Shown here piece by piece: positions 49,965 through 63,619 of a stretch of 64,000 bases of DNA. The position numbers were made by a program, and so were the translations under genes. Source of the stretch: Felis catus (lineage: Eukaryota). The notes beneath the pieces were generated by a model, which saw nothing but the letters and a program-made list of their open reading frames with translations, searched no databases and had not been told where the DNA came from. The stretch is from assembly GCF_018350175.1 (NCBI RefSeq), contig NC_058368.1:98148001-98212000 (forward strand), given 5' to 3'. Position 1 is the stretch's first letter, and every line of letters starts with the position of its first letter.

Positions 49965-51560
49965 GGATTTGAGAACAAAGCTGGAAGTATTGCAGTCCCA
50001 GTTTCAAGATATACTACGGAGGTATAATAGTCAAAACATTCTGGCACTGGCACAAAAATAGACACATAGATCAATGGAACAGGATTGAGAGCCTAGAACT
50101 AAACCCACGCCTTTATGGCCAGTTAATCTACGACAAAGGAGACAAGAATGTACAATGGGGAGAGGACAGTCTTTTAAAAAAATGATGTGGGGAAAAGTGG
50201 ACAGCTACATGCAACAGAATTAAAATGTACCATTTTCTTATACCATATGCAAAAATAAGCTAAAAAAGAATTAAAACCCTAAATGTGAGACCTGAATTCA
50301 TAAAATACTAAAAGAAAAATAGTCAGTAATCTCTTGGACATCAGCCTTGGCAACATATTTCTGGGTATGTCTTCTCGGGCAAAGGAAACCATCAACAAAA
50401 TGAAAAGCCAACTTAGTGAATGTGAGAATATATTTGCAAATAATATCTCCAGTAAGGGGTTAATATCAAAAATATATAAAGAACTTACATAACTCACACA
50501 CACAAAACAAGCAGTCTAATTAAAAAATGGACAGAGGACCTGAATACACATTTTTCCAAAGAAGACATCCAGGTGGCCAACAGACACATGAAAAGATGCT
50601 CATCATCACTCATCATCAGGGAAATGCAAATCAAAACCACAATGACATATCACTTCATACCAGTCAGAATAGCTAGTATCAAAAAGTGAAGAAATAACAA
50701 AGTTGGTGAGGATGTAGAAAAAAGGGAACTGTCATGCACCAATTTTCATCATAGGGATGTAAACTGGTGCAGCTACTATGAAAAACAGTATGAAGTTTCC
50801 TCAAAAACTTAAAAATGGAAATACCATATGATCCAGTAATTGCACTACTGGGTATTTACCCAAAGAAAATGAAAACACCGATTTGAAAGATATGCACCCG
50901 TATGTTTATTGCAGCATCATTTACAATAGCCGAGATATGGAAGCAACTCATGTGTCCATTGATAGATGAATGAATGAAGAAGATGTGGTGTGTGTGTGTG
51001 TGTATACATACATACATACATACATACACACACACAATGGAATACTACTCAGACAAAAAATGATATCCTGCCATTTGCAACAACATGGATGGTGCTAGAG
51101 AGTATTACGTTGAGTGAAACAACTCAGGAAGAAAAAGACATGATTTCACTTATATGTGGAATTTAGAAAACAAAGCAAACTTAAAAAAAAAATTAGTGTT
51201 TATTATTGACAGAGAGAGACAGATAGAGCATGAGTGGGGGAGGGGCAGAGAGAGAGGGAGACACAGAATCTGAAACAGGCTCCAGGCTCTGAGCTGTCAG
51301 CACAGAGCCCGACGTGGGGCTTGAACTCATGGACAATGAGATCATGACCTGAGCTGAAGTCGGACGCTCAACTGACTGAGCCACCCAGGCGCCCCCCAAA
51401 ACAAACTTTTAAATACAGAAAACAAATTGGTGGTTGCCAGAGAAGAGGTGGGTGTGGGGATGAGTAAAACAAATTAAGGGGATTAAGAGGTATAAGCTTT
51501 AAGTTACAAAATAAATAAGTCACCAAGATGAATAATATAGCATAGAAAATATAGTCAATA
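49965..51560 (+). mobile_element. Older carnivore/L1MA L1 3' portion (ORF2 end plus 3' UTR)
   Basis: ggcactggcacaaaaatagacacatagatcaatggaacagg; caacagacacatgaaaagatgctcatcatcact. Confidence 0.9.
51183..51396 (-). mobile_element. Can-SINE inserted in an L1 3' UTR
   Basis: Full core; ends caggcgcccc. Confidence 0.95.
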
Positions 51561-52162
51561 AGAGCAAAAAAAATTTTGAAGAAAGTATGATGGGAGGAAT
51601 AGGTGTAAAGAAGGCAAGAGGCTTAAGTTAGCATAACACTGTGACATTTATGCTTGATCACTTGATAAACGTCCAGTGATAACCACATCCCAAGGTTTTT
51701 GGACAAATGATAGAAATAAAATGCAGACACTGATGGGAGTTTCTCTAAGGCAATAGTAATTACGACACTGACCTCATACCAAGAAACTGCACCAAAATAC
51801 GTTGTGAAGGTTGGAAATACAAAGTTAGAAACTACGTCACTTACTACTTGTAACTCATATTTTAAAATGTATTTTGAGATAACACTGGTCTATCACACTA
51901 ACTGATGACAGTTCATTTCTTGCTGCTCTCGCAGCCTGTATGTGTGGTGGGTGATTAAAGACCAGAGTCTCCCTGTTCTGACACTTGATGAAGTCTGAAA
52001 ATATTTCTGATATAGAATGTGTAATAGCAACATTAATCAGCTTCATAAGATGATACCACAAATTTTTGTCTTTCCTTTGACTACCAATTTCTTAAGGAGA
52101 AAAACACCGTATAATGAATAACATGTATGTTTAAATTTCTACTCTTAAATAGCCACCAACTT

Positions 52163-52330
52163 AAAAAAAATTTTTTTTAATGTTTATTTCTGAGACACAG
52201 AGACAGAGCATGAGTGGGGGAGGGGCAGAGAGAGGGAGACACAGAATCTGACACGGGTCTCGAACCCACAAACCGTGAGATCATGACCTGAGCAGAGGTT
52301 GGTCACTCAACCGACTGAGCCACCCAGGCG
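52163..52330 (-). mobile_element. Can-SINE (internal deletion)
   Basis: TSD aaatagccaccaactt on both sides. Confidence 0.93.
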
Positions 52331-53126
52331 AAATAGCCACCAACTTTTACATGCCTTCATAGAAGAGAAAGAAGTACTTCAAGAAACTGTGTGTCAAAGA
52401 TAAAATTTTAGCTGGAGGATAAATATGTTTATTTCAAAAATGTTAACAAAAATCCATTTAGAAGTCCTGATACATCCTGTAATAGGTGTATAATACTTAT
52501 CTTTACAAAAATATTCAGATTCATTTTTCCTCATATCAATGAACTCTTGATTGAAAAATAAAATCTTCACATACATTCTTCATTCTATTATAAGGTATCA
52601 AGAATATAGTTCCATTTATGTCATTTAAATAATGACATGATAATTTTGGTATAATCAAGGATTTTACAGTCAATCCTAATTAATCTCTCAAACTTCTGTG
52701 GATTGAATAAAGCAAAGATTTTTACAATCAAGGCAAATGCAGACATTGAAAATAATCTTTACATGTAATCTACTGACTTTAAAAGAATAAACATTTCATG
52801 TTACTTTTAAGGGTAGAATTCACTATTCTTACCAAATAACCAAACCCTAATGCATAGAAATGGGGGTTTTCAAAAAAATTTAACTTGTTTTATTTTTTAT
52901 TTTTTTAAATTTACCTCCAAGTTAGCGTATAGTGCAACAATGATTTCAGGAATAGATTCCTTAGTGCCCCTTACCCATTTAGCCCATCCCCCCTCCCACA
53001 ACCCCTCCCATAACCCTCAGTTTGTTCTCCATATTTATGAGTCTCTTGTGTTTTGTCCCTCTCCCTGTTTTTATATTATTTTTGTTTCCCTTCCCTTGTG
53101 TTCATCTCTTTTGTCTCTCAAAGTCC

Positions 53127-55214
53127 TCATATGAGTGAGGTCATATGATTTTTGTCTTTCTCTGACTAATTTCACTTAGCATCATACTCTCCAGTTCCAT
53201 CCACATAGTCGCAAATTGCAAGATTTCCTTCTTTTTGATTGCTGAGTAATACTCCATTGTGTGTGTATATATATGTATATATACCACATCTTCTTTATCC
53301 ATTCATCCATCGATGGATGTTTGGGCTCTTTCCATATTTTGGCTATTGTTGATAGTGCTGCTGTAAACATGGGGGTGCGTGTGTCCCTTCGAAACAGCAC
53401 ACCTGTATCCCATGGATAAATACCTAGTAGTGCAATTGCTGGGTCGTAGGGTAGTTCTATTTTTAGTTTTTTGAGGAACCTCCAAACTGTTTTCCAGAGT
53501 GGCTGCACCAGCTTGCATTGCCACCAACGATGCAAAAGAGATCCTCTTTCTCCACATCCTCGCCAACATCTGTTGTTGCCTAAGTTGTTAATGTGAGCCA
53601 TTCTGACAGGTGTAAGATTGTATCTCATTGTGGTTTTGATTGGTATTTCCCTGATGATGAGTGATGTTGAGCAATTTTTCATGTGTCGGTTGGCCATCTG
53701 GATGTCTGCTTTGGAGAATTGTCTAGTTATGTCTTTTGCCCATTTCTTCACTGGGTTGTTTGTTTTTTGGGTGGTGAGTTTGATAAGTTCTTTATAGATT
53801 TTGGATACTAACCCTTTATCTGATATGTCATTTGCAAAAATCTTCTCCCATTCTGTCGATTGCCTTTTAGTTTTGCTGATGGTTTCCTTCGCTGTGCAGA
53901 AGCTTTTTATTTTGATGAGATCCCAGTAGTTCATTTTTGCTTTTGTTTCCCTTGCCTCCAGAGACGTATTGGGTAAGAAGTTGGTGCAAACAAGATCAAA
54001 GAGGTTTTTGCCTGCTTTCTCATCGAGAATTTTGGTGGCTTCCTGTCTTACACTGAGGTCTTTCATCCATTTTGAGTTTATTTTTGTGTCTGGTGTAAGA
54101 AAGTAGTCCGGGTTCATTCTTCTGCATGTCACTGTCCAGTTTTCCCAGCACCACTTGCTGAAGAGACTGTCTTTATTCCATTGGATATTCTTTCCTGCTT
54201 TGTCAGAGATTAGTTGGCCATACGTTTGTGGGTCCATTTCTGGGTTCTCTATTCTGTTCCATTGATCTGAGTGTCTGTTCTTGTGCCAGTACCATAAAGT
54301 ATTGATGATTACAGCTTTGTAGTATAGCTTGAAGTCTGAGATTGTGATGCCTCCTGCTTTGGTTTTCTTTTTCAAGATTGTTTGGCTATTTGGGGTCTTT
54401 TGGTCCCACACAAATTTTAGGATTATTGTTCTAGCTCTGTGAAGAATGCTGGTGTTACTTTGATAGGGATTGCATTGAAAATATAGATTGCTTTGGGTAG
54501 TATCGACATTTTAACAATATTTGTTCTTCCTATCCAGGAGCATGGAATCTTTTTCCATTTTTTTTGTGTCTTATTCAATTTCTTTCATAAGCTTTCTATA
54601 GTTTTCAGTGTATAGATTTTTCACTTCTTTGTTTAGATTTATTCCTAGGTATTTTATGGTTTTTTGGGCAACTGCAAATGGGATCGATTCCTTGATTTCT
54701 CTTTCTGTCACTTCATTGTTGGTGTATAGGAATGCAACCGATTTCTGTGCATTGATTTTATATCCTGCAACTTTGCTGAATTCATGAATCAGTTCTAGCA
54801 TTTTTTTGGCGGAATCTTTTGGGTTTTCCATATAGAGTATCATATCATCTGCAAAGAATGAAAGTTTGACCTCCTCCTGGCCGATTGGATGCCTTTTATT
54901 TCTTTGGGTTGTCTGATAGCAGAGGCTAAGACTTCCAATACTATGTTGAATAACAGTGGTGAGAGTGGATATCCCTGTTTTGTTCCTGACCTTATGGGGA
55001 AAGCTCTCAGTTTTTCCCCATTGAGGATGATATTAGCGATGGGTCGTTCATATATGGCTGTTATGATCTCGAGGTATGCTCCTTCTATCCCTACCTTCTT
55101 AAGAGTTTTTATCAAGAAAGGATGCTGTATTTTGTCAAATGCTTTCTCTGCATCTATTGAGAGGATCAGATGGCTCTTGCCCTTACTTTTTTTAAAATTT
55201 ACAATTATTTATTT

Positions 55215-55255
<41 letters not shown>

Positions 55256-57193
55256 CACAAGTGGGGGAGGGGCAGAGAGAGAAGGAGACACAGACTCCGA
55301 AGCAGGCTCCAGGCTCCGAGCTGTCATTACAGAGCCCGGCGTGGGGTTCGAACTCACAAACTGCTAGATCATGACTTGAGACAAAGTCAGACACTTAAGT
55401 TAAGTCTGAGCCACCCAGCGCCCCTTGTCCTTTCTTTTATTGATGTGATGAATCACGTCAATTGTTTTGCGGATATTGAACCAGCCCTGCACCCTGGTAT
55501 AAATCCCAGTTGATCGTGGTGAATACTTTTTTTAATGTATTGTTGGATCTGGTTGGCTAATATCTTGTTGAAGATTTTTGCATCCATGTTCATCAGGGAA
55601 ACTAGTCTATAGTTCTCCTTTTTAGTGGGGTCTCTGTTTGGTTTTGGAATCAAGGTAGTGCTGTCTTCATAGAAAGAGTTTGGAAGTTTCCCTTCTATTT
55701 CTATTTTTTGGAACACCTTCAAGAGAATAGGTGTCAACTCTTGCTTAAATGTTTGGTAGAATTCCCCTGGAAAGCCATCTGGCCCTGGACTCTTGTTTTT
55801 TGGCAGATTTTTGATTACTAATTTGATTTCCTTACTGGTTATGTGTCTGTTCAAATTTTCTGTTTCTTTATGTTTCAGTTTAGGTAGTGTATATCTTTCT
55901 AGGAATTTGTCCATTTCTTCCAGATTGCCAAGTTTATCGGCATATAGTTGCTCATAATATTCTCTTATTATTGTTTTTCTTTCTGCTGTGTTGGTTGTGA
56001 TGTCTCCTCTTTCATTCTTGATTTTATTTTTTTGGGTCCTTTCCTTTTTCTTTTTGATGAAACTGGCTAGTGGTTTATCAATTTTGTTAATTCTTTCAAA
56101 GAACCAGCTTCTTGTTTCATTGATGTGTTCTACTGTTTTTTTTGGTTTTGATAGCATTAATTTTTGCTCTAATCTTTATTATTTCCTGTCTTCTGCTGGT
56201 TTTGGGTTATATTTGCTCTTCTTTTTCCAGTTCCTTAAGGTGTAAGGTTAGGTTGTGTATCTGAGATCTTTCTTCCTTCTTTGGGAAGGCCTGGATTGCT
56301 ATATACTTCCCTCCTATGACCGCCTTTGCTGCATCCCAGAGATTTTGGGTTGTGGTGCTATCATTTTCATTGACTTCCATATACTTTTTAATTTCCTCTT
56401 TAACTTCTTGGTTAGCCCATTCATTCTTTAGTAGGATGTTCTCCATTCTCCAAGTATTTGTTACCTTTCAAATTTTTTCTTGTGGTTGATTTCGAATTTC
56501 ATAGCTTTGTGGTCTGAAAATATGCATGGTATGATGTCGATCTTTTTGTATTTACTTAGGGCTGATTTATTTCCCAGTATGTGGTCTATTCTGGAGAACA
56601 TCCCATGTGCACTGGAGAAGAATGTATATTCTGCTGCTTTAGAATGAAATGTTCTGAATATATCTGTTAAGTCCATCTGGTCCAGTGTGTCATTAAAGCC
56701 ATTGTTTCCTTTTTTATTTTTTGATTAGATGATCTGTCCATTGTTGTGAGTGGAGTGTTGAAGTCTCCTACTATTATGGTGTTACTATCGATGAGCTTCT
56801 TTATGTTTGTGATCAATTGATTTATATATTTGGGTGCTTTCACATTTGGCGCATAAATGTTTACAGTTGTTAAGTCTTCTTGGTCTGTAGACCCCTTGAT
56901 TATGATATAATGCCCTTCTGCATCTCTATCTTGATACAGTCTTTAAAGTCTAGATTGTCTGATATATGTATGGCTACTCCTGCTTTCTTTTGTTGACCGT
57001 TAGCATGATAGATAGTTCTCCATCCACTTATTTTCAATCTGAAGGTGTCTTTGGTTGTAAAGTCGGTCTCTTGTAAACAGCATATAGATGGATCTTGTTT
57101 TCTTATCCATTCGGTTACCCTCTGTCTTTTGATTGGAGCATGGAGTCCATTGACATTTAGAGTGAGTACTGAAAGATAGGAATTTATTGCCAT
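53127..57193 (-). pseudogene. L1 ORF2 (endonuclease/reverse transcriptase), disrupted
   Basis: EN start [55 protein letters not shown] near 54840-54855; C-terminal [18 protein letters not shown]; broken into several ORF pieces. Confidence 0.95.
55188..55423 (-). mobile_element. Can-SINE inserted into L1 ORF2 RT region
   Basis: Full SINE; TSD ttgcccttactttt / ttgtcctttctttt. Confidence 0.95.
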
Positions 57194-57257
57194 TATGATC
57201 CTTGTAGAGTTGGAGTTCTGGTGGTGTTCTCTGGTCCTTTCTAAGCTTTGTTGCTGT

Positions 57258-57259
<2 letters not shown>

Positions 57260-57335
<76 letters not shown>
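57260..57335. repeat. (TA)n(TG)n compound microsatellite at the L1 ORF1/ORF2 boundary
   Basis: Direct. Confidence 0.95.
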
Positions 57336-57337
<2 letters not shown>

Positions 57338-57349
57338 TTTTTTTTTCCC

Positions 57350-58280
57350 ATCTTTTCTTCCCTCAGAGAGACGTCCTTAAAATTTCTTGCAGGGTTGGTT
57401 TAGTGGTCACAAACTCCTTTAATTTTTGTTTGTCTGGGAAACTTTTTATCTCTCCTATTTTGAATGACAACCGTGCTGGATAAAGAATTCCTGGCTGCCT
57501 ATTTTCCTGATTCAGCACACTGAATATATCCTGCTACTTCTTTCTGGCCTGCCATGTTTCTGTGGATAGTTCTGCTGCAAACCTGCTCTGTCTTCCCTTG
57601 TAGGTTGGGGACTTTTTTTTTCCCTTGCTGCTTTCATGATTCTTTCCTTGCCTGAGTATTTTGTGAATTTGACTATAATATGCCTTATTGATGGTCGGTT
57701 TTTGTTGAATCTAATGGGAGTTCTCTGTGCTTCCTGGATTTTGATGTCTGTGTTTTTCCTGAAGTTAGGAAAGTTTTCCTCTATGATTTGCTCACATAGC
57801 CCTTCTATTTCTTCCATTTCTATTTCTCTCTCTTCCTCTTCTGGGTCCCCTGTGATTCTGATGTTGTTCCTTTTTAATGAGTCACTGATTTCTCTAATTC
57901 TTAAATCGTGCTCTTTTGCCTTAATCTCCCTTTTTTTTGCTGCTTTGTTATTCTCTAGAAGTTTGTCCTCTATATTGCTGATTCTCTGTTCTGTCATATC
58001 CATCCTTGCCGCCGCGTTCTGTCATATCCATCCTTGCCGCCGCGGCATCCATCCATGATTGCATCTCAGTTATAACATTTTTAATTTCATTCTGACTATT
58101 TTTTACTTCTTTTATCTTTGTAGAAAGGGATTTTAATCTATTTTCGACTCCAGCTAGTATTCTTATTATCGTGATTCTAAATTCTGGTTCAGACGTCTTG
58201 CTCGTATCTGTGTTTGTTAAATCCCTGGCTCTTGTTTCTTCATGCTCTTTGTTTTGGGGTGAATTCCTTCGTTTTATCAT
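57350..58280 (-). pseudogene. L1 ORF1 (RNA-binding coiled-coil protein), frameshifted
   Basis: MIKRRNSPQ... coiled coil; DSLKRNNIRITG; EENFPNF; IQEAQRTP; RHIIVKF; IMKAAREK. Confidence 0.93.
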
Positions 58281-58373
58281 TTTGAAGGGAGAAAGGAAGT
58301 TAATGAAGTAGAAAAATTAAAATAAAATATTTTAAAATAAAATAAAATTAAAAAATATTAAAATTAAAAAATT

Positions 58374-58420
<47 letters not shown>

Positions 58421-58519
58421 TTGAATAAATGATGCTAGATCCTAGGTGTGTTTTGGTCCAGGTGTTGAAAGTAGTTTGACAGATTAGAGAAAAAAAGAGG
58501 GGGGGGGGAGAAAAAAAGG

Positions 58520-59180
58520 AAAATCTTTTGAGAATTTGGAAAAATGAATACACTGTAGACTAAAGTGAGATGGTGGGAGTAAGATAGAATTTAAAATATT
58601 TACACAAAAGTAAATAATATAGTAGAAAATTTTAAAGAAAAATATTTGTAATAAAAATTAAAAATAAAGATGAATTTTTTTCTCTTTCTGTATTCATGAA
58701 AAAGAAAAGAAATGAAAAAGAGAAAAAAGAGAAAAAAAAGAAATCGTTTGAAAATTTGGCAAAGTGAATACATTGTAGTAGACTAAAATAAAATGATGGA
58801 AGTAAAATAGAATTTGAAAAAGTTTACATAAAAGTTAAAAATATACTAAAAATATTGAAGAAAATATTTTTAATAGAAGTTTAAAATAAAAATGAGGTGT
58901 TTCTCTTTCTGCATTCAAGAAAAAGAAAAGAAACAAAAAAGAGAAAAAAGAAAAAAAAGAAAAAAAGGAAATCGTTTGAAAATTTGAAAAGGTGAATACA
59001 CCAAAGTAGACTAAAATAAAATGATGGAAGTAAAATATAATTTGAAAAAACTTACACAAAAGTGGAAAATACAGTAAAAAAAATTAAAAATATTTTTAAT
59101 AAAAATTGAAAATAAAAATGAATTTTTTCTCTTTCTGTATTTCAAGAAAAAGAAAAGTAGTGAAAAAGAAAAAAAAAGAA
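58520..59180. repeat. About 220-230 bp AT-rich tandem repeat, 3 copies, within the L1 5' UTR
   Basis: gaaaatcttttgagaatttggaaaaatgaatacac (58520), gaaatcgtttgaaaatttggcaaagtgaatac (58740), gaaatcgtttgaaaatttgaaaaggtgaatac (58968). Confidence 0.88.
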
Positions 59181-61199
59181 AATTGAATATATGGACCTGC
59201 TAACAGATTGAAATAGGACTGAAATTACTTAGTTTTCCCTTAGAAGTTAGAGTATGTAGGGCTGTATAGTCCATAAACTAAGCAGGCGGTGAGACTGGTG
59301 TTCTTGAAGGGTGAGGATGGCCCAGGTGGGCTGGGCTCAGTGTAATGGCTCTGTTTTGCACTAGATGGCGCTGCTAGCCTGTTTGAGTGGAGTGTTGTGG
59401 CGCTCGTAAGTGCGCATGCGCCTGTGTGGAAGCGGTGAAACTGTGTCATCCAGCTACCAAGTTTCTAGTATCGCAACTCTGTTCTCCCCGATCCGCAATC
59501 ACACGCCTGTCCTCTGTCTTCAGCTTTCTTCCATTCCCTGCTTCTTCACTGTCCTTCACCAAGCCCCTGGCATTACCTCTCTCCCGAGGTTTGTCTCAGA
59601 TGTGGCTGTTTTCCCCAGCCCCTTACTTCTGAAGGACTGTGGCTTTGACCTGTTCTGCCCCTCTGGGGGAGGGTCTCTCCAAGCAATGGCCGAACAGTGG
59701 CTGAATGTCAGCTGCACCCAGGAACGCTTGCTGGACCCTGCTGCTGCTGGTGTCCCAAGACTGCGGTCAGGTGCCAGCCTGCCCCATAAAAATTTCGCAA
59801 GATAGTGTAGCAGCAGCTTTTCAGGGATTATGGAAAATCACAACACATATCTGGCACCAGGCTTCACCCTTATTGACCTTGTTCCAGCACCAGCGAATGT
59901 GGCCATTTTCTGGGGTCTGCTGGGACCAGGTGGCTTCACCAGTCTCTACCAAATGTCCTTCTGGCAGTGGAACCGCTTTTCCCCATGTGGCCCAAGAACC
60001 TCCCAGACCCCACTTTGCTCCTGGGGATTCACTCTTCCCACCAGAGCACCGCCAGGTATCGAGCTACAGAGTTGCAGACTTTGCGCTCCCCTTGTTTACA
60101 GTCTCCTTTCTCCTTTCTCCTTTCTCCTTTCTTTCTCCTTTCTTTCTCCTTTCTCCTTTCTCCCTTTTTAGTTTAGTCCCTGTGGCTGTTTCAGATTTTC
60201 CACTTTCTTTCCAGCTGCTTTTGGGGAGGGGTGCTTTTCCCATATTCTCCCCCCCCCCCCCCGCCCAGTCTTTGTCCTCTCTCTGCCTGCAAAAGCGGCT
60301 CCGTGCCCACCGCCAGCTTCTCTCTCCCCAAGTACACCTCTCCGTGGCATGCACCTACTTAATTCTGTGGTTCAGGTTGTGCAGATTGTTGTGTTAATCC
60401 TCTAATCAGTTTTCTAGGTGTGTAGGATGGTTTAATGTTGGTCTGACTGTATTTCATGGATGTGAGACACACAAAAAACTTCCATGGTGTTCTGCCATCT
60501 TGGCTCCCTAGCAAATGGGGATACTTTGAAAAGTACTCTCTAATACATAGAAGATGATTAGAGTAAATGGGAAGATATCCCACGTACTTCCGAAATTTCA
60601 ATTAACTCCAACTTAGTGTGCAAATTCAATGAAATCCCAGTGAAAATTCGCTTGAAATTTTTGAGGAACTTTAAATAGCCTCCAGAATACATGCTGAGGA
60701 ATAAAGTCCAGAAACAGCAAAGTCAAGCATAAAAATGAATGTAGGGGCCTGTTAACTTACCATATATTAAGAAATATGACAAAGTCATGGTGGGGGAAGT
60801 TACATAGTATTGGCCCAAGAACACACAAATAAATGAGATACAAAAGAAAACTGAGGAGAGGTAATAGTTGGATAAATGATGACACCAATATAGGCAGAGA
60901 GGGATTCTGAACTCTAAAATCATCACAGCCCAACTCAAAAGAGTCTATAGCACCAGAATAAGTTGAGTTGAAGCCAGATCAGTCAGGAAATCCCACTCAA
61001 GGGGTGACTTAAGCACCCCCCACCAAAAAAAAATATCAAGAGTTCATAAGTTACAGATATTTCTGGAAGCTAGCAGAGATCCCAAGCAGCCAGTATCCAA
61101 GTACAGGAGTGCAATAAAATTTGAAAGGCCCAGTGCAATATAATAATGTGTGTCTGAAAATGATGGAAAAAGTGTCATTAAAAGTACTAAAATATGAAA

Positions 61200-62727
61200 T
61201 ATTTTGAACTATAAAATACAAAACTTAATCCTTCCTTCTCCAACTCCTCTCTCAATCTGTCATGATGTTTTTATTTGCTACGTAAAGCAAAAAGTATTCT
61301 ACAAGAGAAAAACTAAAAATTTGGATTATTAGTATAAATTTTACTAATTATCTTTATATAGTGCAATGCAGTCTTAAATGCAAATATAAAAGCACTTAAC
61401 TTATATGTGGAATTATCAAAATTACAGAATTATATTTTTCATAGCTTATATATGAGTACACATTATATTCTCACCAGAATGGTAGAAAATCAGCATGAAA
61501 CTAACACAAATGTTCATATTTCATTTCCTCATAAAGGAACATTCCACCAATATTCTTTACCTTGGCTTATTGATGAACAAGAAAGGACTGGAAAGAAAAG
61601 GAATTTGGGGCTATACTTTCCCTTTCTTGCTTATCATTTTCAACATAAGTGGTTGGTGAATGCAGGGAGGTCACACAAGCAAGAAAGGACATGATAGGGT
61701 TCCTTGGTTGGTTGTGTTTCTTAGAGTCCATTCATTGATTTATTTCTACAATCAAAGCAATTCCTGTTCAGAAAAGAAAGCATGCCTCTTGGGGCTGCTC
61801 ATGCTTCCTCATTTATAGGTGTAACAAGTTTACTGTGTAATAACTTTGAGTGTTGCTCAACTTCTACCCATTACAGATTGTGGTAGGCAGCATCTTAAGA
61901 TGCCTTGCCCTTTGGCATACATATCCCACGTCATTCCTTCACTTGAATACTGTAGGACCTGTAAGTGTGATGGAATAGTATTCTCACGATTATGTTACAT
62001 TATATGGCAAAGGTAAAGGGACTTTGCAGGTGTAATTAATATCCCAAATCAGTTGGCTTTAAGCTAATCAAAAAAAGTGATTATCCCAGGAGGGTCTGAC
62101 CTGATCGATGAGCCCTTTAAAAGAGGGTTGAGAAGTCAGAAACTTCAAGTAACAACAAAATATTTCTCTTCTCTCCCTTCCTCCTCCTTCCCCTCCCTTC
62201 ATTGCTTTGACGCTTTAAAGAAGCAAGTGGAGGTGAACTCTCCTGCTCCAAGGAAGTGAATTCGGCCAATAATCTGGTAGAACTGGGAAGCAGATCTTTC
62301 CTTCAAAAAATCCCTCAAATGGGAATGCAGCCCACCACCCTTGAGCACAGCCTTGTGAGTCCCTACCAGAGGACCCAGTTTGGCAATGGCCAGACTTCCA
62401 ACCCACAGGAAACGTTGGATAAAAATGTGTGTTGTTTTATCCCACCAAGTTTGTGGTAATTTATTATGCAGTCTACATAACTAATACATGAGTCCACAGA
62501 TGCTGTGTGACTAGAGCAACAAGGAGCAGTGGCAGATGTGCATATTGTGTGCATGTCTCTTTCCTCATACATATGCTCCATTGTCCCAGATGAATTTGCT
62601 TACACAATAAAAGTTCAAGACAAAATTATTAAGAAGGCCAAATGAAGAGCAGCAGAGACTTAAGCCAACAATGGCCGCTTTTGATCATGAGACTCTTTGC
62701 AATGGCACACTCATGAAGCTGGCCCTA
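61200..62727. mobile_element. hAT-Tip100 (MER45-like) DNA transposon remnant interrupted by MLT1
   Basis: Right end gcacactcatgaagctggcccta resembles the recalled MER45 TIR ...CATGAAGCCGGCCCTG; left boundary approximate. Confidence 0.5.
61879..62488 (+). mobile_element. MLT1 (MaLR) LTR
   Basis: tgtggtaggcag start; tatgttacattatatggcaaa..gggactttgcaggtgtaatta; ends gtttgtggtaatttattatgcag..aactaataca. Confidence 0.88.
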
Positions 62728-63619
62728 TCCTAATGGACAAGGACCCGGGACCAGGAAAGATTACATCCAAGGACAGGATAAGACATTTTGTACTACATGC
62801 TCTTCCCCTCCCTCCTTCATAAAAGCGACACTGTCTGAGAGAGGGTAGTGAACATTTAGGAGAGCAATCTAGGTATCAGGCATTATCCTACTGATCTGTA
62901 TATTGGCCACATCGTTTGTGGTTTGCACTGAATTTTATATTTAATTACTTCACTGCTTTCCCTTCCATAATCCCACAAATGAATCCCAAAGATTGCCAAA
63001 TTTATTATAAACAGAATTGCAAAACTGCATTTTTTTCCGAAATCCAGGTTAGAGAGTAAATACTACATCCCAGTGCCATTCCACTCATATCACAGCTCTT
63101 AAACTATCTTTTAATAAATTCTTCATAGTTAGACAACACCTTGAACAATTAATCCCCTTAACTCACTCTGTGGAATTGCTTTCAATCGTTTTTCTAAGAT
63201 GGCTTTGCCCCTAGAGACTCAATGAAGACAGAGATTGTTAGAAAAGATTCATTTAAGAATTTTAAGTAAGATTATCAACCTAACTTCATAAAACCAACAA
63301 TGTCTAAATGCCTGAGAGATCTTAAGATGCTGTCTTCCAGCTGTTCTGAGGATAGAATTTGTATAGAAGTTGTGTTCTCAAACTGCCTTGGCATTTGGAG
63401 AAAACATAAGTGCTAAGCTCTGAGCTATGTTATTCTCCCAAGGGAGAGAAAACAGCTGAAGGAAAGACATTCTGATGAAAAGTATGCCAACAACATTTCC
63501 ATCTCCAAACCTCTCTTTAGAGTTGCAACCTATGAGCAGCAGATCTTAGGTGGCTTGAAAAGTTACTCAAGTCTTTCTTTGACACTTTACTAAAAGTTGG
63601 TTCCATCTGCAACCAAAGT

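Larger units (their letters stand above)
52888..60508 (-). mobile_element. Near full-length felid LINE-1, inactivated
   Basis: 5' end gggagccaagatggc (YY1-type motif), GC-rich then AT-repeat 5' UTR, ORF1, ORF2, 3' UTR and poly-A; multiple stops/frameshifts and a SINE insertion. Confidence 0.97.

Noticed and set aside
59410..60397. Long antisense ORFs (up to 230 aa) in the L1 5' UTR as a possible ORF0 analogue
   Set aside because: GC-rich UTR with a (CTTTCTC)n tract lacks stops by composition; ORF0 is described for primate L1; no motif support.
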